Shown in pieces: positions 11,165-24,778 of a DNA stretch of 64,000 nt; position 1 is the first letter of the stretch, and every line of letters begins with the position of its first letter. The position numbers were made by a program, and so were the translations under genes. Origin of the DNA: Pelomyxa schiedti (lineage: Eukaryota > Protista > Evosea); NCBI GenBank assembly GCA_020536535.1, contig JAHLWZ010000811.1:58389-122388 (forward strand). Reading direction: 5' to 3'. The notes beneath the pieces were generated by a model that did no database searches, was not told the origin of the DNA, and worked only from the letters and a program-made list of their open reading frames with translations.

Positions 11165-14100
11165 TTATGAAGACCCTGAGGGTGCTCTTTTCTCAATGGC
11201 GAGTGAGAGGTCAAACGCCTCCTTCTCAGTCAAGGAGTCCAAGTTGTTGAGGAAGTGCTGTATTGCGTCTATTCGCGTGAAGTTGTAGGGTTTCTGGGAA
11301 GAGTGAGTGTGATAAGGTGGAGCCACAAAGAAGTGTAAGTTTGTGTACCTGTTGGTACTGTTGCATTTCTTGTATGACCGCTGCAACCATCCGGAATTTG
11401 GCAAAATGTACATAGGTGTTTTCAACGGTATCATTGTTTCCTTCCTCTGTAGTGGTATAGTAAGTAAAAAGGCACGAAACATTTTTTTGGGAGGCTCCTC
11501 ACCAATGAAAGTTAGGTCCGTCAAATACACTCCCAAATAAGGAATACAAGGTGGATTTGCCCGGTGCAAGTGCCCGCGGAAATTGGCAAAGCTAGAGGTT
11601 GGAGCTGTTACAGATGCCATTTTTTCCAATGTCTTCGTGGTTTCCTTCACCTACTGTATGTTAAACAAACTGACTTGGAAATCTCTGATATGTACCTCTG
11701 CCCAGGTGAGTTTGAGCCGGGTAATAGCAGAAGAATTCAAGCCAGCAGATATTTCGAAGACAGCGTTGAAGTTATTCAACTTATACAATTCCTGAGAGTA
11801 TTGTTACCAGAAAAATCATAAACTTGGTGCCAACTTCTAGTATTCGAATGAACTTCCGGACGATATTAGCTCTTTTTCTCAGGTCTGGTTCTTTGACAAT
11901 TGTTGCTGTTGTCCAATTGCTTACCTACCAAATGGTGCTTACTTTGAGTTACCAAATTATGAGTCCATACCGCGTTGAAGCGGTGAATCATTGCCAACAA
12001 ATTTGGACTTCTTTTCTCCTTATCTTTTTTGGACCATGATAATGACAACATCTCTTTGGCTTGAATATTCTTCCTAGTTGAGTCCCGAGGAAATGATAGA
12101 AAAGAAACACACCACATATAGCTCAAATTCTTGCATGGACATCTGCCGGGCCATTTCCACAGGGTCAATCTCCTCAAAATTGGCTCTGGATGGAACTATA
12201 GGTGGAGGAGGTTCTGAACTAAACACCCAAGATCGTTGCAGTATAGCACTTCCTAACGCCTAAAAAGGTTGAGCACTGAACGTTCGAACGGATTCATACC
12301 AGTCGCTTATCCAAACCAGGTTTTAGGAGGCCCTGAACTTCTTTGTTAGCCTCCACAAAACGCTTGTATGTTTCTAGTAATGTCGAATCATCCCAGAAAT
12401 CATGCCAGTAATTATCTGTCCAACGACGCAAAACATTGCAAATCCTTTATACAGTTGCAATTGGCCAATTGGAGAGTGTTGAGGGTGAAATGCGAACCTG
12501 AGACGAGTTGTTTTTTTCTTAACAGTGCGTTGCTGTGCGGAGACAGATTGATCCCTAACTTCTTCTTCTGTGGAAGTATTATCATCAAATCTGTGGAGTT
12601 TGTTAGAAAACAAAATGGAAGTAAGTTTCGTACGCCTTAATGACCATTCCCAATACAGTGTTAGCGTCAGTATAGCTTCTATATGTAAGAAGGAAGATAT
12701 CCAAATATTGTGCTGATTGAAAGGATTTGTATACAAAAAAAAAAAAAAAAAAAAAAGTACATTCAACATTCTTGGCAAACAGGCGAGCAACAAGCTTTTC
12801 TATCGTTCCGCCCTTAATTTCTTTTTCTGGGTTATTTGGGTTCTTTTTATCTATGGAATATATTATCCCCTCTTCTGACTAATAGAAGTGAACAAGATTT
12901 ATGGTTACAAGCGTGAAACATACATAGTCTGAAGTGGTATTCAGGGCAGCTTCTAGTTGCCCTTGAAGCGTCTTGCACATTTTCTTTTTTGCAAAATTAG
13001 GATAGAGTTAAAGAGAGGGGGGGGCAATACTTGAAGAACTTCCTTTCCTGTTTTGAGTTTGGTAACCTCTTCTGTGAGACTCAAAAAAGTTTTCTTTCAA
13101 TGAATTATTTAGGAAAGAAAGAAGTTGGGAGTGCTAACAATGGCGAGCATCTGATACTGGATATGGTTTCTTTCCATACGCATAATACAATTTTCGGCCG
13201 CCGTATCAAATGCTTCAGTTGAAATTCTCAATTCATTAAAGTGTAGAAGTTGGTCCAATCCAGGTGTGCCAGAAAGACTATAAGGAATGAATAAGCGAGA
13301 GCCCTGCTAGAAGAGGTGCTACGCTACTTCTTTTTTGTCAAATCTAGTTGCTCTCGCAGAATTTTTAACTCTGGCTTCAGTTTTGCATTCTCCGCCAATA
13401 CAACTGGTGATGCAGAGTGTGATCCTACAAATAGTTTAGTTTCCAATACGTTTTCAGACAAAAATCGAATTAGATACCACGTCTCTGTGTGAGAAATGAT
13501 CTCTGCCAAGAACCTGAACTAGTAAGTGAGCCTTGCTCCGCTTCTTCTATGCTACCCCGTCTCTGAGTTCCAGTTAGAGGAGAGTGAAGTTTAGTTATTA
13601 AATAGATTACAGGAGGCATTGATTGGCGGAATTCGCGAGTCGGACGATTGCTCACTGTGGTGGAGCTGCTTGATACAAGTTAAAAAAATTTAAGAGTAGA
13701 AAGTGAAATGAAACCTCGTTGCTGGAGGTGGGATAAAGTCGGAGGGAGGAGGAATATCAGCTGGTGGTGGTGGGGGAATATCTAACAAAAAAAAAAAAAA
13801 AAAAAGGTTAAGAGTAAACACTACAAACTTGGCTGCATACCCACGTAAGGTGAGGATGGGGCAACAGGTGGAGGAACTGGATCAGTGAAAGGTGGTGGAG
13901 GCGGCAGTGAGTCTGTCACCGGGGGAGGTGGTAATACATTGTCCAACACAAGCGGGGGTGGTGGCGGGGCAGTGAACGGCAGCGGCGGCGGCGAACCGTA
14001 AAGCAAAGAGGCCGGGATGTCGCCGGGCGGGGGAGGCGGCGGCAGCTCCGCGGGCAGCGGCGGGTGCGTGGGGGTGCGAGGGGTCGACAGCGGCGACAGC

Positions 14101-14852
14101 GGGGGCACGGGGGCAGCGAATGCGGGCGAGGTGGAGTTCTGCGGGGGAGGGAAGTACATCTCGCAGGCAACGAAGCTGGGCGGGGGTGGGATGACAGTTG
14201 CAGACATTTCGACGGTGGAGGGCGGCTCGACGTCGGAATAGGTCGGGAACATGGCTATTTCGGCGGTGGACTGGGCGGGCCTCTCGGCCGAAAGTGCAAC
14301 TGCAAACATTGGGCTGCTGATCAGAGTCGGGGGAGGGGGAAGGGGCATGGGCATGACGGGCATCGGGAGCGGCGGGAGGGTGGACGGGATTGTGGGAGGG
14401 CCCAGGGGAGGGAAAGGGGGCGGCGGCGACGGGGACGGGGGGCACTGGGAGTACGAGTTCGGGATTGTGGGAGAGGTGGCGGGGCGGACCGGCGGGCTTC
14501 CCATAACTCCGCCGGTGCCGCTGCTTTTGCGCGGAGGCAGCAGGAACGTGGGCAGGACCACGCCCGGGTGCTGCTGGTGGAGATTACGGTCCGGGGTCTG
14601 CGCCGGGCTCGGGGGGCAATTATGGGGTGTTGCGTTTCCGTTGCCGTTCGGCCCCGGGGAATCAGAGGAGCTCCTTATCGGCGGTGTGTGTGAAACTACA
14701 GGCTCCGACAGCGGCGATGACGATGACAGAGGGGTGCCCCAGTCGTCCAAGTTGGGTGCCGCGTGATCCGCGTAGCCGTCGTCGTCACCAGGTTGGCGCG
14801 ACACGGCAGCGAGCAGTTGCTCCTCGGTGAATCCGAACTGGTCCAGGCTCAT
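11165..14852 (-). CDS. Ras guanine-nucleotide exchange factor (REM + CDC25 domains) with a proline-rich N-terminus
   Basis: KGGTIEKLVARL (REM), SPNLLAMIHRFN, PPCIPYLGVYLTDLTFI and FDLSLAIE (CDC25 homology). The first exon is poly-Pro. Confidence 0.93.
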
Positions 14853-15644
14853 GAGGGTTTCAGAACTTGGCGCACTCGGCTTCCAACACTTTTTTTTTGT
14901 TGTTGTGTGTTCTGGCTTTTTTTTTTGTTTTTCTTATTGACACTGGATTTTCGGGTTGATGATGATCGATGCCTTTTATTGATAACAGACTAAAAAAGGA
15001 GCCTGGCCGTTCCTGTGTCAACGCATAAATCGCAAGTTACAGGAAACAAGCTTGGAACAGTGTCGAAGTCCCGGAGAAACAACGAAGAAAGTGAAAGGAG
15101 GGCTTTGAAGCAACAAAGCTAGCGACAGATCTTTCACTTCCTTGTTGTCTCACGGTCCTCAATCCTTATGAACTCGCCCAAAACTTATGGTCTGTTGTTC
15201 CTGTACTCTTCACTGTTTTCCACCACACCACCAACAATCCACATACAACCAGGACTTAATCCCTGGTTGCCAACCACAGACCCATATCTGTTTACTGGAC
15301 GAAAGATCTCGAGTTCCACCATTACTTGCGCTTTACCATCAGGTCACAAGGGGCTCCATTCGCATGCGCATACATCTAACGTTTTTGGTGATGGTTACGA
15401 ATTCGCCAGTCTTCAAGTCCCCGCATTACGTGTCATTATCATCACAGGGGTGTGTTTGTTTTGTTCTCTGCGTTGGCTCGGGATCCACTAACAGGATTGT
15501 TTGGGGTTTTGGGGTGCGGCGTTGTTATTCAATCGAGTATTGAAATTCTTATTCAGATTTTTCCACCAAGGAAGAGAAACAAAAACAAAACAAAACAAAA
15601 CAAAAAAACAAAGAATCCAAAACAACAACAATACCCGTTCCCCA

Positions 15645-16548
15645 ATGAAAGTCGTTGCCATTTTGTTTGCGTTTTTCGCGGCCACCGTCGTTGCGTACAC
15701 ACACAGCAGCGCCGTGGACTACGCGTCCAAGTGGTGGAGCTCGTGCAACCACGATTGCTCTGGTGCCTACACAACATGCTCACCATGGAGCTACTGGGGC
15801 AGTGAGGAGTGCGGCTACGAATCTCACGGAGGAGGTTTGTACTTTTCGGTTCTCCCCCCCCATCTTACTTCTTCCTCTTTCGTTTGGCAGTTTCGTAGTT
15901 TCTTTGGAATGCTAACCTGAGTGCCTTTTAGATTGTGCCAACTTTGTTTCTCAGTGCCTCCTTGCTGGTGGACACGACTCATTGGTTTGTTTTTCGTTTC
16001 CCTATCTGTGGATCTAAGTTCGTATCTCAGACCAAGTCGCCCTGCCGTGGCTACCCTTGCGGAAAGGAAGAAGTCGGAGCTGAGAATCTCGATCAATGCC
16101 TTTAGTGTGTACAAAAATTCGCTTTTCCTCATGTTTACCTTCGCTTCATAGTACCAACTACGGATGGACCCACAAGTGCGGCAGCAAACTGGCACCACCA
16201 GATAACATCGTAGCCGGCGATGTTGCGATCTTCCATACCTGTGCGTCTCTTCCCTTTATGGATATTTCGTTCTCACATTTTATTTTACCGTTTCCCCACT
16301 GCAGCATCCTGCTCTGATTACTCTGTACGTTTTTTTTTTCCCCCACAGTGATCTATCTAACACAAATTTAGGCACATGCCACTCTTGTGGTCTACAGGTC
16401 TGGAACTACAGCCAACATAGCTTGCCATTCCAGTGAACATTTTAGTATGACGCGTGTATTTCAAATTTTTCCCTTACATCTATTAGACTACTCTTACACC
16501 AACTACTTGTCCTCTATGCCCTACGTAGACTGGTTGCACCATGATTAA
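15645..16548 (+). CDS. Secreted putative peptidoglycan amidase (Amidase_6, NlpC/P60-papain fold), multi-exon
   Basis: Signal peptide MKVVAILFAFFAATVVA; A..YA..W motif; catalytic-Cys motif GGDCANFVSQCLLAGG; GDVAIF; His motif AHATLVV; IACHS. Includes a 20-nt micro-exon at 16305-16324. Confidence 0.82.
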
Positions 16549-16695
16549 ATCCACAATGTAAAAGAGCTCTGAAAGCATTTTCGTTTAAACGTGAAACAAT
16601 AAAGAAACAATGTTTTTTCCCTGGGTTTGGAATTTTTTTTTGTTTTTTTTTTTTTAATTAAATACAGCTGTGAACAACAAAAAAGGGGGAAGTAC

Positions 16696-19600
16696 TCAGT
16701 GCCAGTTAGCGCAAGTATTCTTAGAACAGTGAGAGAAATGCGATAATAAAAAAAAAGGAAAGAACAAGTACCCGGAATTCCTCTAACTGAAGAAGGCATT
16801 CTGTGGCACTTGGCCTTTGGCCTGGTTCAGGAGACCAGCAGGCTCGTATCAAATTTGCAAAAGGCTCCGGGCAGTTGGGGTTAATTGTGGGCCTGCATAA
16901 AGTGAGTGTTCCCGTTACAATTCTCAAGAGCGCGCAAAGTACCTCAAGTTCCTCTCGGCTGCCTGTACCAGAATTTGGAAGTCAAAGTGGATATACGGAA
17001 ACTCAGCAAAAGGCGCTGCATATTTCCCAGATATAAATCGTTCCGCGAGCTCCCACATTATAATGCCCATGCTGTAAACATCGGAAGCGGTGGTGAAGGT
17101 TGTTCCGCGGTACACTTCAAGAAATAAATACCACATGAGTAAAAGAGTTGAAAACTACATTCTGGAGCACAGTAGTTCATGGTTCCTACCAGTCGTCCTA
17201 GTGTTGATTTGTTTGTAGCAGTTTGACTACGGGAAAGCCCGAAGTCAGCGAGCTTCACAATAAGTTTCTTCGTAACCTGGGGAAAGTGAGTAAGTGGTAA
17301 ACACAGATCGGTCAACCAGTAGATTGAGGCTTTTGAGGTCTCTATGCATGATAGCTGGTTCTCGTGTGTGCAGGAACTTGAGACCAGAAAACGCTTGGTG
17401 CGAGAAGTCAATTACCAAGTTCCATGTAAAGGTTACATCTGGTTCGGACATGAGATGTACAAGTGTCCCCCTGTACGGAGTTAGTTCAACCAATAGAGAG
17501 AACATAATCCCACCTGTGGCACATTTCCATGACCATACACAGCCGACTTTCTACGCAGGCTCCGTAAAAGGAAACCAAATTGGGGTGGTTCGTGGATCTA
17601 GGGGAAAGAGGACATGAGGATATTGCTTAAATAGATATTAGAAAACCTTAGAATTGCAAACTCTTTCTTAAACTCTTCGAGCACTTTCCCATCCAAACAA
17701 GTACTTTTCAGAACTTTTACTGCGACAATCTTGCCGGCATATCTGGCTTTATACACTTTTGCAAAGGTACCAGAGCTGATTTTACTGATGTACTTGATCT
17801 AGACCCGATTAATAAGTACCATTGGAAGAGGCTGTATACCTGGTCTTCAGGGATCCATGATGTTTTCTCAGACGGGTTATCAATCAAGATTGCTGTTGAG
17901 GTTTTTGGGGTTTTCTCAGTTCGTTTTGCTGCCATTTATAAGAGTTTAAAAAGAAAATTAGTGATATTACCAGCAGTCGAGTCAACAAGAATGAACAACT
18001 TTTTAGTTTTCTCCATTGCGCTTATCAGAGGTTGAAGAACAACATCACCTTGGACCTGTGAGGAGCAAACACCAGATTCAATAAATTCTTGAGTAATGGG
18101 CACTGTTTCAGGTGGTTGACCATCAACAATGAAAAGACGGTAGCTAAACAAAGTGAACTCTTGGGGGGGGGAAAAAAAAAGAAGTCAGGAAAACCTTCTT
18201 TCTGCAGCATCTTCGTCAGTATCGAATTCACTAAACTGTTCACAAAGATCTGCTGCCGTGCAACTTTTGTCAATGGCCATTGTCCAGCAAGTTTCAGTGC
18301 CTGCATCCAGAAAATGAAGTTGAATCAGAGTCTGAATTTAGTTAGAGGGATCCATGTAGAAGGCTGGAGAAGTCATGGGTTTTACTAGATTTGTGGGGTT
18401 CTTCTTCCCGGTTGCAAGGCGACGAGGTTGAGTTTCTCCGAATGCTATCACTTTCTGAGGAGTTTTTTTTATGGCAGAGATTTTTTTTGGTGCTTCATCT
18501 TCTGCTGCAGCCAAGCTTTTATGGTTATGTGTGGAGCTGGAACTAGAAGTGGAATGTCGATGTCTGTGATGGTGCCCAGATTTCAGTGAATCATCTGTTG
18601 AGGTATCCAGGGGAGTTTCAACCTGCACTTCATTAAGATGGTTTGGAATTTTCGGGTTACATACAGCTGCTGGCATAGGAGGTGGATCCCTTTTGGTATA
18701 ACGTTTGAGACTGCGGGATAAGTTAGATTACAGGAGCATCATGATGCTGTACCTTATTGGTGCAGGGGAGGAAAGTTGTAAATTCGAATTGGAAGAGGAA
18801 CTAGATTTTGCCCCAAGAGGTGTTGTGACCTCGTCTGCATATTTTTTTGGTACTTTTCGTTATAGAAGAACAATTAAGGTGAAGTCACACCTGCGTGAGT
18901 AGTGTTTAGAAGCAATTCCGATGCTGTAGGTGGTCTCTCAGAGTGCCTCCGTCGATGTTTAGATTTCTGCAGAGGGGTACTGTCCGACTTTTTTGTTGTT
19001 TCAGGTGACTCTTTGCCTTGCGAATCGGAGAGTGTGGGTGTATTAGCATTTGGAGGCGAATCACTGTTGCAGATTCCCGGCGAGTCGGACAAATGCAAAA
19101 TGTCTGCACTGGACGCCAGGCCGCCCGTTTTGCGTGTCTTCATGTGTAGCGGCGTGTGCACGCCATTGGTGCCATTTGTTCCGGGTGCTGGGTCGGCAGT
19201 ACTAGTAAATGGTGGAGTGCCAAGAGGTTGAGGTGCAAAAGAAGAAGGCTGGTCCAGGTTACTTCCATTTGTGGTGCTGCTGGTGTTGGTGTTGGTTTCT
19301 TCATCACCCGTCTTGAGTGACGAAGCGTCGTCGGAGGTTGTGTCTGTGGTATTTAACAGGTGGGATTGTGGCGACTGCGAGAGTGGTGAGTTCGACACCG
19401 CCAGGGGCGAGCCCGACGGCGGCGAGTGCTGCTGCTGCGGGGGGGTCGCGGTGGCGGTGGAGGTGGAGGCGGAGGCGGCCACCACGGGCGCGGTGAACGC
19501 GGCGGGCAGGGACATGCGCCAGGACCGCCGGCTGGCCCCCACGGTGCTCGCGCGGTCCCGCAGCAGCAGCGACGGCGGCAGCGCCGGCGACGCGGAGAGG

Positions 19601-20160
19601 CCGCCCCCCGCCGCCGGCGAGGTCAGCAGCGAGGGCGAGACGGGCGAGCTGCCGTTGCTGCCGCTGCCGTTGCCGTTGGTGTTGCTGTTGCTCTCGGACG
19701 ACGACGGCGGGGGCGCCGCCAGGGACGACGAGGCCGAGGCGGACTTGGTGGCGCCCCCGCCGTCGCTGGTGTTGTGCGGGAGGGCGCTGGTGTCGGACTT
19801 GCGGCGGAGGTGTATGTGCAGGTGCGGGTGCAGGACCGAGTTGCTGCGCCTCCTCTGGTTGTCGTCCGAGGAGGCGGCCGCCGAGGCGGGCGCGGCGCTG
19901 CTGCTGCTGCTGCTGCTGCTGCTAGTCGTGGTGGTGCTCCCGCCTCGCGCGGCCGCGTCCGCCTCGCGCTGTAGGTCGACGAGGAAGTCCTTCTGGTTGA
20001 AGTTGGCGGGGAGGCTCATGCGCTTGTCGCGGCCCGAGGCCGAGCGTAGGCTCCCGCCTCCCGTGCCCATCTCGCCGCCGCGGGTAGAGTTCACGATGCG
20101 TGAGATCTCGTCGTCGTCGAGGGCGCCGCCGCCCCGTCCCCCCGCGTGGCCGTTTCCCAT
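16696..20160 (-). CDS. TKL-group Ser/Thr protein kinase, Phg2/GDT-like, with possible N-myristoylation and a possible Ras-binding-like domain
   Basis: SSGTFAKVYKA, VAVKVL, HRDLKSLNLL, DFGLSR, YCAPE and SDVYSMGIIMWEL. The insert PFAEFPYIHFDFQILVQAAERNLRPT resembles Dictyostelium Phg2/GDT kinases. The protein starts MGNG. Confidence 0.9.
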
Positions 20161-20560
20161 AACCGTACGGTTGTTGTGGTTGTTGTGGTCGGGGGGTCGG
20201 TTTTACTTCGGGGTGGGTGAGGCGTTGCTCGTACTCGGGAGTATTTGGTTGGTGGGAGTTGTTGTTTGGTTGTTTTCCTCTGTTTGTTCGGGTTATTTTT
20301 TTGTTGATTGAACTGATTTTCGCGGAGGCCATTTCTGGAATAAATGCCGAAGTGAAAAGGGAACAAAAAGTGTTATTTTTCTCAGCCCAATGGGAGTAGC
20401 TCAATTGTGTCTACCTAAAAAAAAACCCAAGGCACCCAGCTGGAAAGCGGTGTGATTAGAGAAAAATAAATATTGCTAAGTCTCTTTGTATTTGCATAGT
20501 GAAAGCCTTTGGTTTTTGGCATTCAACGATTACACCTTTGCTTCGAAGAAATATGTACAC

Positions 20561-23142
20561 TCAGAGCGATGATGGTGAGAAAGTCTTGTTCATCATAACC
20601 GCATATAATCCATACAACAAGCATGCTTGCTTTTGCGCTTCAAGTGCAAGTAAGCATACACCAACTTTTTCATCTGGCCTGAGGCCAACAGAATCCAGTG
20701 TATCAAAATCCAGGCAAGTAACAGTGCTAGGATAAAATATCACCTTCTTGATGTACAGCTTCAACTGTTTTAAGATGAAACAGTTCACTTCCTGATACTC
20801 ATAATCATCATGAGTAATACCGTGAATCCTGTGGACATAGTGCCACACAGCTTCCCGGAATGGTTCGGTTCTGTCATAGCGTTGTTTGTAAAAACTTTCA
20901 CAAGGGATTAGGTACCTGGTGCATGCCATTGTTAGAGTACGGTCAAAGAGTTTGTGGAGGCATGGGGCAGCTTCTTTACAAAATTCTTCAACCAGCCCAT
21001 ATCCGTGTTGTGACCAACAGTAGTCCTACACGGAATTAAACAACAGTAGTCCTACATGGAAGTAAACAACTCACCTGTCCCCTAAAGAGATTATTGGTTC
21101 TATGATTGAAGTCAACATGAGGTCTATCTTTCCCGCAAAGATACTTTGTTGTATACAAGCCTTGTTGACTCGGTTCCACCACAGGAAGGGCAGAAACAGT
21201 GTCAGGAGAAGTGCACCGCACGATACTGGTTTGAGACAAGTCATGTGGCCGGTCAGGAGAAGATGTACAGCAACTTAATTCGAATTCTGGGTTGATTCCA
21301 CACCCAAAAACAACACTTGATAAAGAGATAAACTCGCATGCAATGATTATCATGGTGACTATCTGAGCAATTGACCATCCTAGTTGGCCTAGATTCTGCT
21401 GTGTTTAGAGTATGTCAAGTTCAGTGGAAGGTACAGACATCAATGTGCTTTCTTTTGAGAGTCCAAGGTTTATTTGCAAGAATGGCAATGACTTTGACAA
21501 TGGCTTGAACTTTTGGAGGGGCATTATCCACTCCAACAAGCCAGTCCTCAGGTCCTTTATTTTGCCTGAATTCTGCCTCTTGTTGATGCACCAGATACTC
21601 ACATCCTCTTCTACTTGCGGCCTAAGAATGATTAAGCGGTATACAGAAAGACGTACAACTTACCAAAATAGCTACATAATGCCTAAGGGGCCTTGGAAGA
21701 GGGTTGTCCAAGCGTAATATTGTATTTATAAGTTCACAATGTGCCTCAAAATATTCAAGATGAACTGATAAAATAAGATCCAAATTCGAAATGGAACCAC
21801 TATAGCCAAAGTATTCCTGCCAGTAACAATGTGAGGCCAGTTAGCATTGCAAGAAATAGATGTGAATTACAATGAAAGCATTGCTTTGGATTGCATCAAG
21901 ACTCAAAGATGGTGAGAATTCATAAAATCGTGATGGCCTTAGATACGTAGGTATCGTTTCCTGGAGGGTGTAATGCGCTAATGAAGAAATTGAGCATGTA
22001 CTCTGGGCATGCATGCAAGATAACGGGATAGTGAAGTAGACACATCATCAAAGGGGCAAGCCATGACGAGTCGTACTATGGTGTGGAGGTGGCTAAGAAG
22101 AATTGATGTATCCACAAACAGCAGTTCAAGCTCTCTCAGTGCTTGGCTACGTATATTTGCATCAGGAGCAAGCAATTTCTGGGAGGAAGTTAAAGAAAGA
22201 AAAACCTAATTTAAAACACGGAGTTGTGACAGCCGTGGTTGGAATTATATAGCAACAAGCTCCATGCTGTTGTAGGGAGTAACCTGAAAAGATGAAAACG
22301 GGTTCTTTGGTGGCAAGTTGTACTCGGTTGCTTCTGTAATGGCAAAAAAAAAAAAAAAAAAAAAAAAGAAAGATTACAAGAGAAAACAAACCAGAACCCC
22401 TCCCTGCAGTCCTCATCAACTAACCTTCACTCACCAGCAGTGGCTGCAAGTCCGACGGCGACGACATGATGAGCATAGGAGGGGACGTACCCATTGGCAG
22501 CGGCATCGGCATGGGGTCGCTCGTGCACAGCATGGGACCCCCGACGAACGACCCGCCCCTGGCGCCAGAGGAGCCCGTGACGTCGTCGCTACGGCTTCTG
22601 CTGCGGACGGTGCTCGTGGCCGCGGGGCCAAAGGGAGGGGCCGGGCCCGGGTGGCGCGGCTGAGGCTGCGGCTGGGGGTGCGGGTGGGAGCAGCAGGAGG
22701 AGGGGGGCGCGGGGAAGCGAGGCTGGAGATGGAAGGGGAGCGGGGACGCGGGGAGGCCCAGGGGAGACCGCGGGGGCGAGCTGTGCCACACCCCGCGCTC
22801 GGGCGAGGGCGACTGGGCCAGCGACGGGGGGTGGAAGGGCTCCGGCGAGGACGAGGGCGACGACGACGACCCCGACGACAAGGAGGGCGAGAACCCCGGC
22901 GGGGACGCGAGGCCACGGGCCGCGGCGGCGGAGGCCGCAGAGGCGGCGGCAGCGGGGGGCGTCACGGCAATCGCGGGCTCCTGCTGCTGCGGGTGCACGC
23001 CGCACTGCGGGAAGCAACAGCAGGGAGGGGAGGGGTTGTAGCCGTTGCTGTTGTGCGGGGAGTCGGACCAGAACCACTGCGGGGAGGATGCGGGGGGATA
23101 CTCGCTGTTGCGATACGGCACCCGTATGCTATCGCTTGTCAT
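20561..23142 (-). CDS. SESN: Sestrin (PA26) family protein with a P/S-rich N-terminal extension
   Basis: LVMACPFDDV, KIKDL, DYCWSQHGY, FREAVWHYVHRIHGITHDDYEYQEVN, LKLYIKKV..YP and EKVGVCLLALEAQKQACLLYGL are sestrin signatures. Confidence 0.9.
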
Positions 23143-23289
23143 CTGACGCGGAACCAAACGGGCAAGGATGTAAGTTCGGTTCGCGGCTTTGCAGGAAAAA
23201 TTGAAGTGTTTCCTTATCGGTAGGCATGAAAAGACATTTGGGTTTTACCAAACAGGGAGCTGGAAATTGGTTTTTCTTAAAAACATGTC

Positions 23290-24506
23290 AGGTGCTGCGG
23301 CCTGGGTGATGTTAAATTTGGGAGGGAGGGTGGTGCTTTATTTTACCTTGCAGTTGTTGAAGGAATCCTGTGTTTATGTTGATACTGGGTCGTGCATTAT
23401 GGACAATTGCAAAGGCCTCACTGAAGGAAATACTTTGTGTGGCCATAAGGAAGGCTATAACAATAGCTGGGGAGCGACTTTGACCTTGCTGTGTTGGGAT
23501 TTTCTTGTTAGCAAATAATTCTCTGTGTAATTCATTGTATTTAGTCAGGAAGGGAACACAACAAGGCAATGCACAAGAACTTGATGAGAAGGGTTTTCCA
23601 AAGCAGCACCTGATTGTCAATGTTTGCGTCTTAGTATTGTCTTTGGGATTACATAGAAATGAAAAGGCTTCATTTGCAATCGGGAACAATTTCTGCTCTG
23701 GATCATCTTCACAGGGTGAGCGATTAGGGAGACATTATTGTGTCACACCTTCAAGTGGCAAATGAAGGTAGGTAATGCCTCGATCTACGAAGCAGTTTGT
23801 GCAGCTCTTCGCACAATTTAGTATGTGTGTTATTTTCTTAGCACAATATGAGATAGAAAAATGTTTCCAGTCAAACCAGTGTTTTAAGCTGAGCAATATT
23901 TCTAGCATTGTCATAAGTACCAAGAAAGAGGCATTTTTTCACCAAAGAGGGCCACAAATCCACTGGCACCCGGTTGCAGAGAGGCCAACACAGGAAAGGG
24001 AATGATGTGGCAAAGTGAGTGAAGCCTCCTTGAAGAACAGATATGGAACGCACCTTTCCTTCAGTAGTCAAAAAATCACGTACTGCAACAAGGCCACTTG
24101 AACTGTAAAAAATGTAAAAAAAACATTTCCTCCAGACAGGCCACAACTCAGCTCCATCGTCATCAAATAGAATGAGATGAAATATTCCTCTCCATTTCCA
24201 AGTGTTCCTATGTGCTTCATCCAGAAAAATAGAACCGTCCCTCAGCATGGAATTCAATGTGCTGTTGTCATTTGATGCTGCAACAGGCCCAATAGCCCCT
24301 CTTATTGTAGCACCAACATTGGTTCCACAATAAACCAGCATACATGGGGGGCACCTATCTGAGGGTCTATAACATTTCCATTAATGACTTGCTGCAGGGA
24401 ATTTCCCAACCAACAAAGGTGGAAAAAAAATTGTAATTGTATCTTCTTCCCTATAACAGAAACTGTTGTAGACTCTGTTGGCGTCGCAGGCTGCGCAACA
24501 CTGCAT
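23290..24506 (-). CDS. Dual-specificity protein phosphatase with an N-terminal rhodanese-like domain (MKP-like)
   Basis: LQGGFTHF..FPFLC (end of rhodanese), LFLGT, ITHILNCA, spliced active site VLVHCL|QGQSRS (CX5R), and ARPSININTGFLQQL. Both ends are approximate. Confidence 0.88.
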
Positions 24507-24600
24507 TCCCTGTTCTAATCTATCTTGCTATCGAATATTCTCCTCATCAAAACGAAAAAGAGGAAAGAACAAATAAACAAAAGGAAAAAAGAAAGGGGTA
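24507..24600. promoter_or_regulatory. Candidate compact bidirectional promoter between the DUSP and SF3A1 genes
   Basis: Only ~95 bp separate the two divergent start codons. This depends on the DUSP ATG at 24506 being correct. Confidence 0.45.
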
Positions 24601-24734
24601 ATGGCTACTACGTCGACGACGCCCGCGACGGGTGTCGTGCAACCTCCGGCTGAACTCAAGGGTATGAGATCTGTGCGAATCTTCAACACTCGTGCTGGGC
24701 TTGGGCCTTTTTTTTTGCTCCACGGACCCTTTTG

Positions 24735-24778
<44 letters not shown>

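Noticed and set aside
6639-16548. Bacterial contamination or chimeric assembly as the source of the URO-D-like and amidase genes
   Set aside because: Both genes contain multiple spliceosomal introns of the same style as their neighbours.
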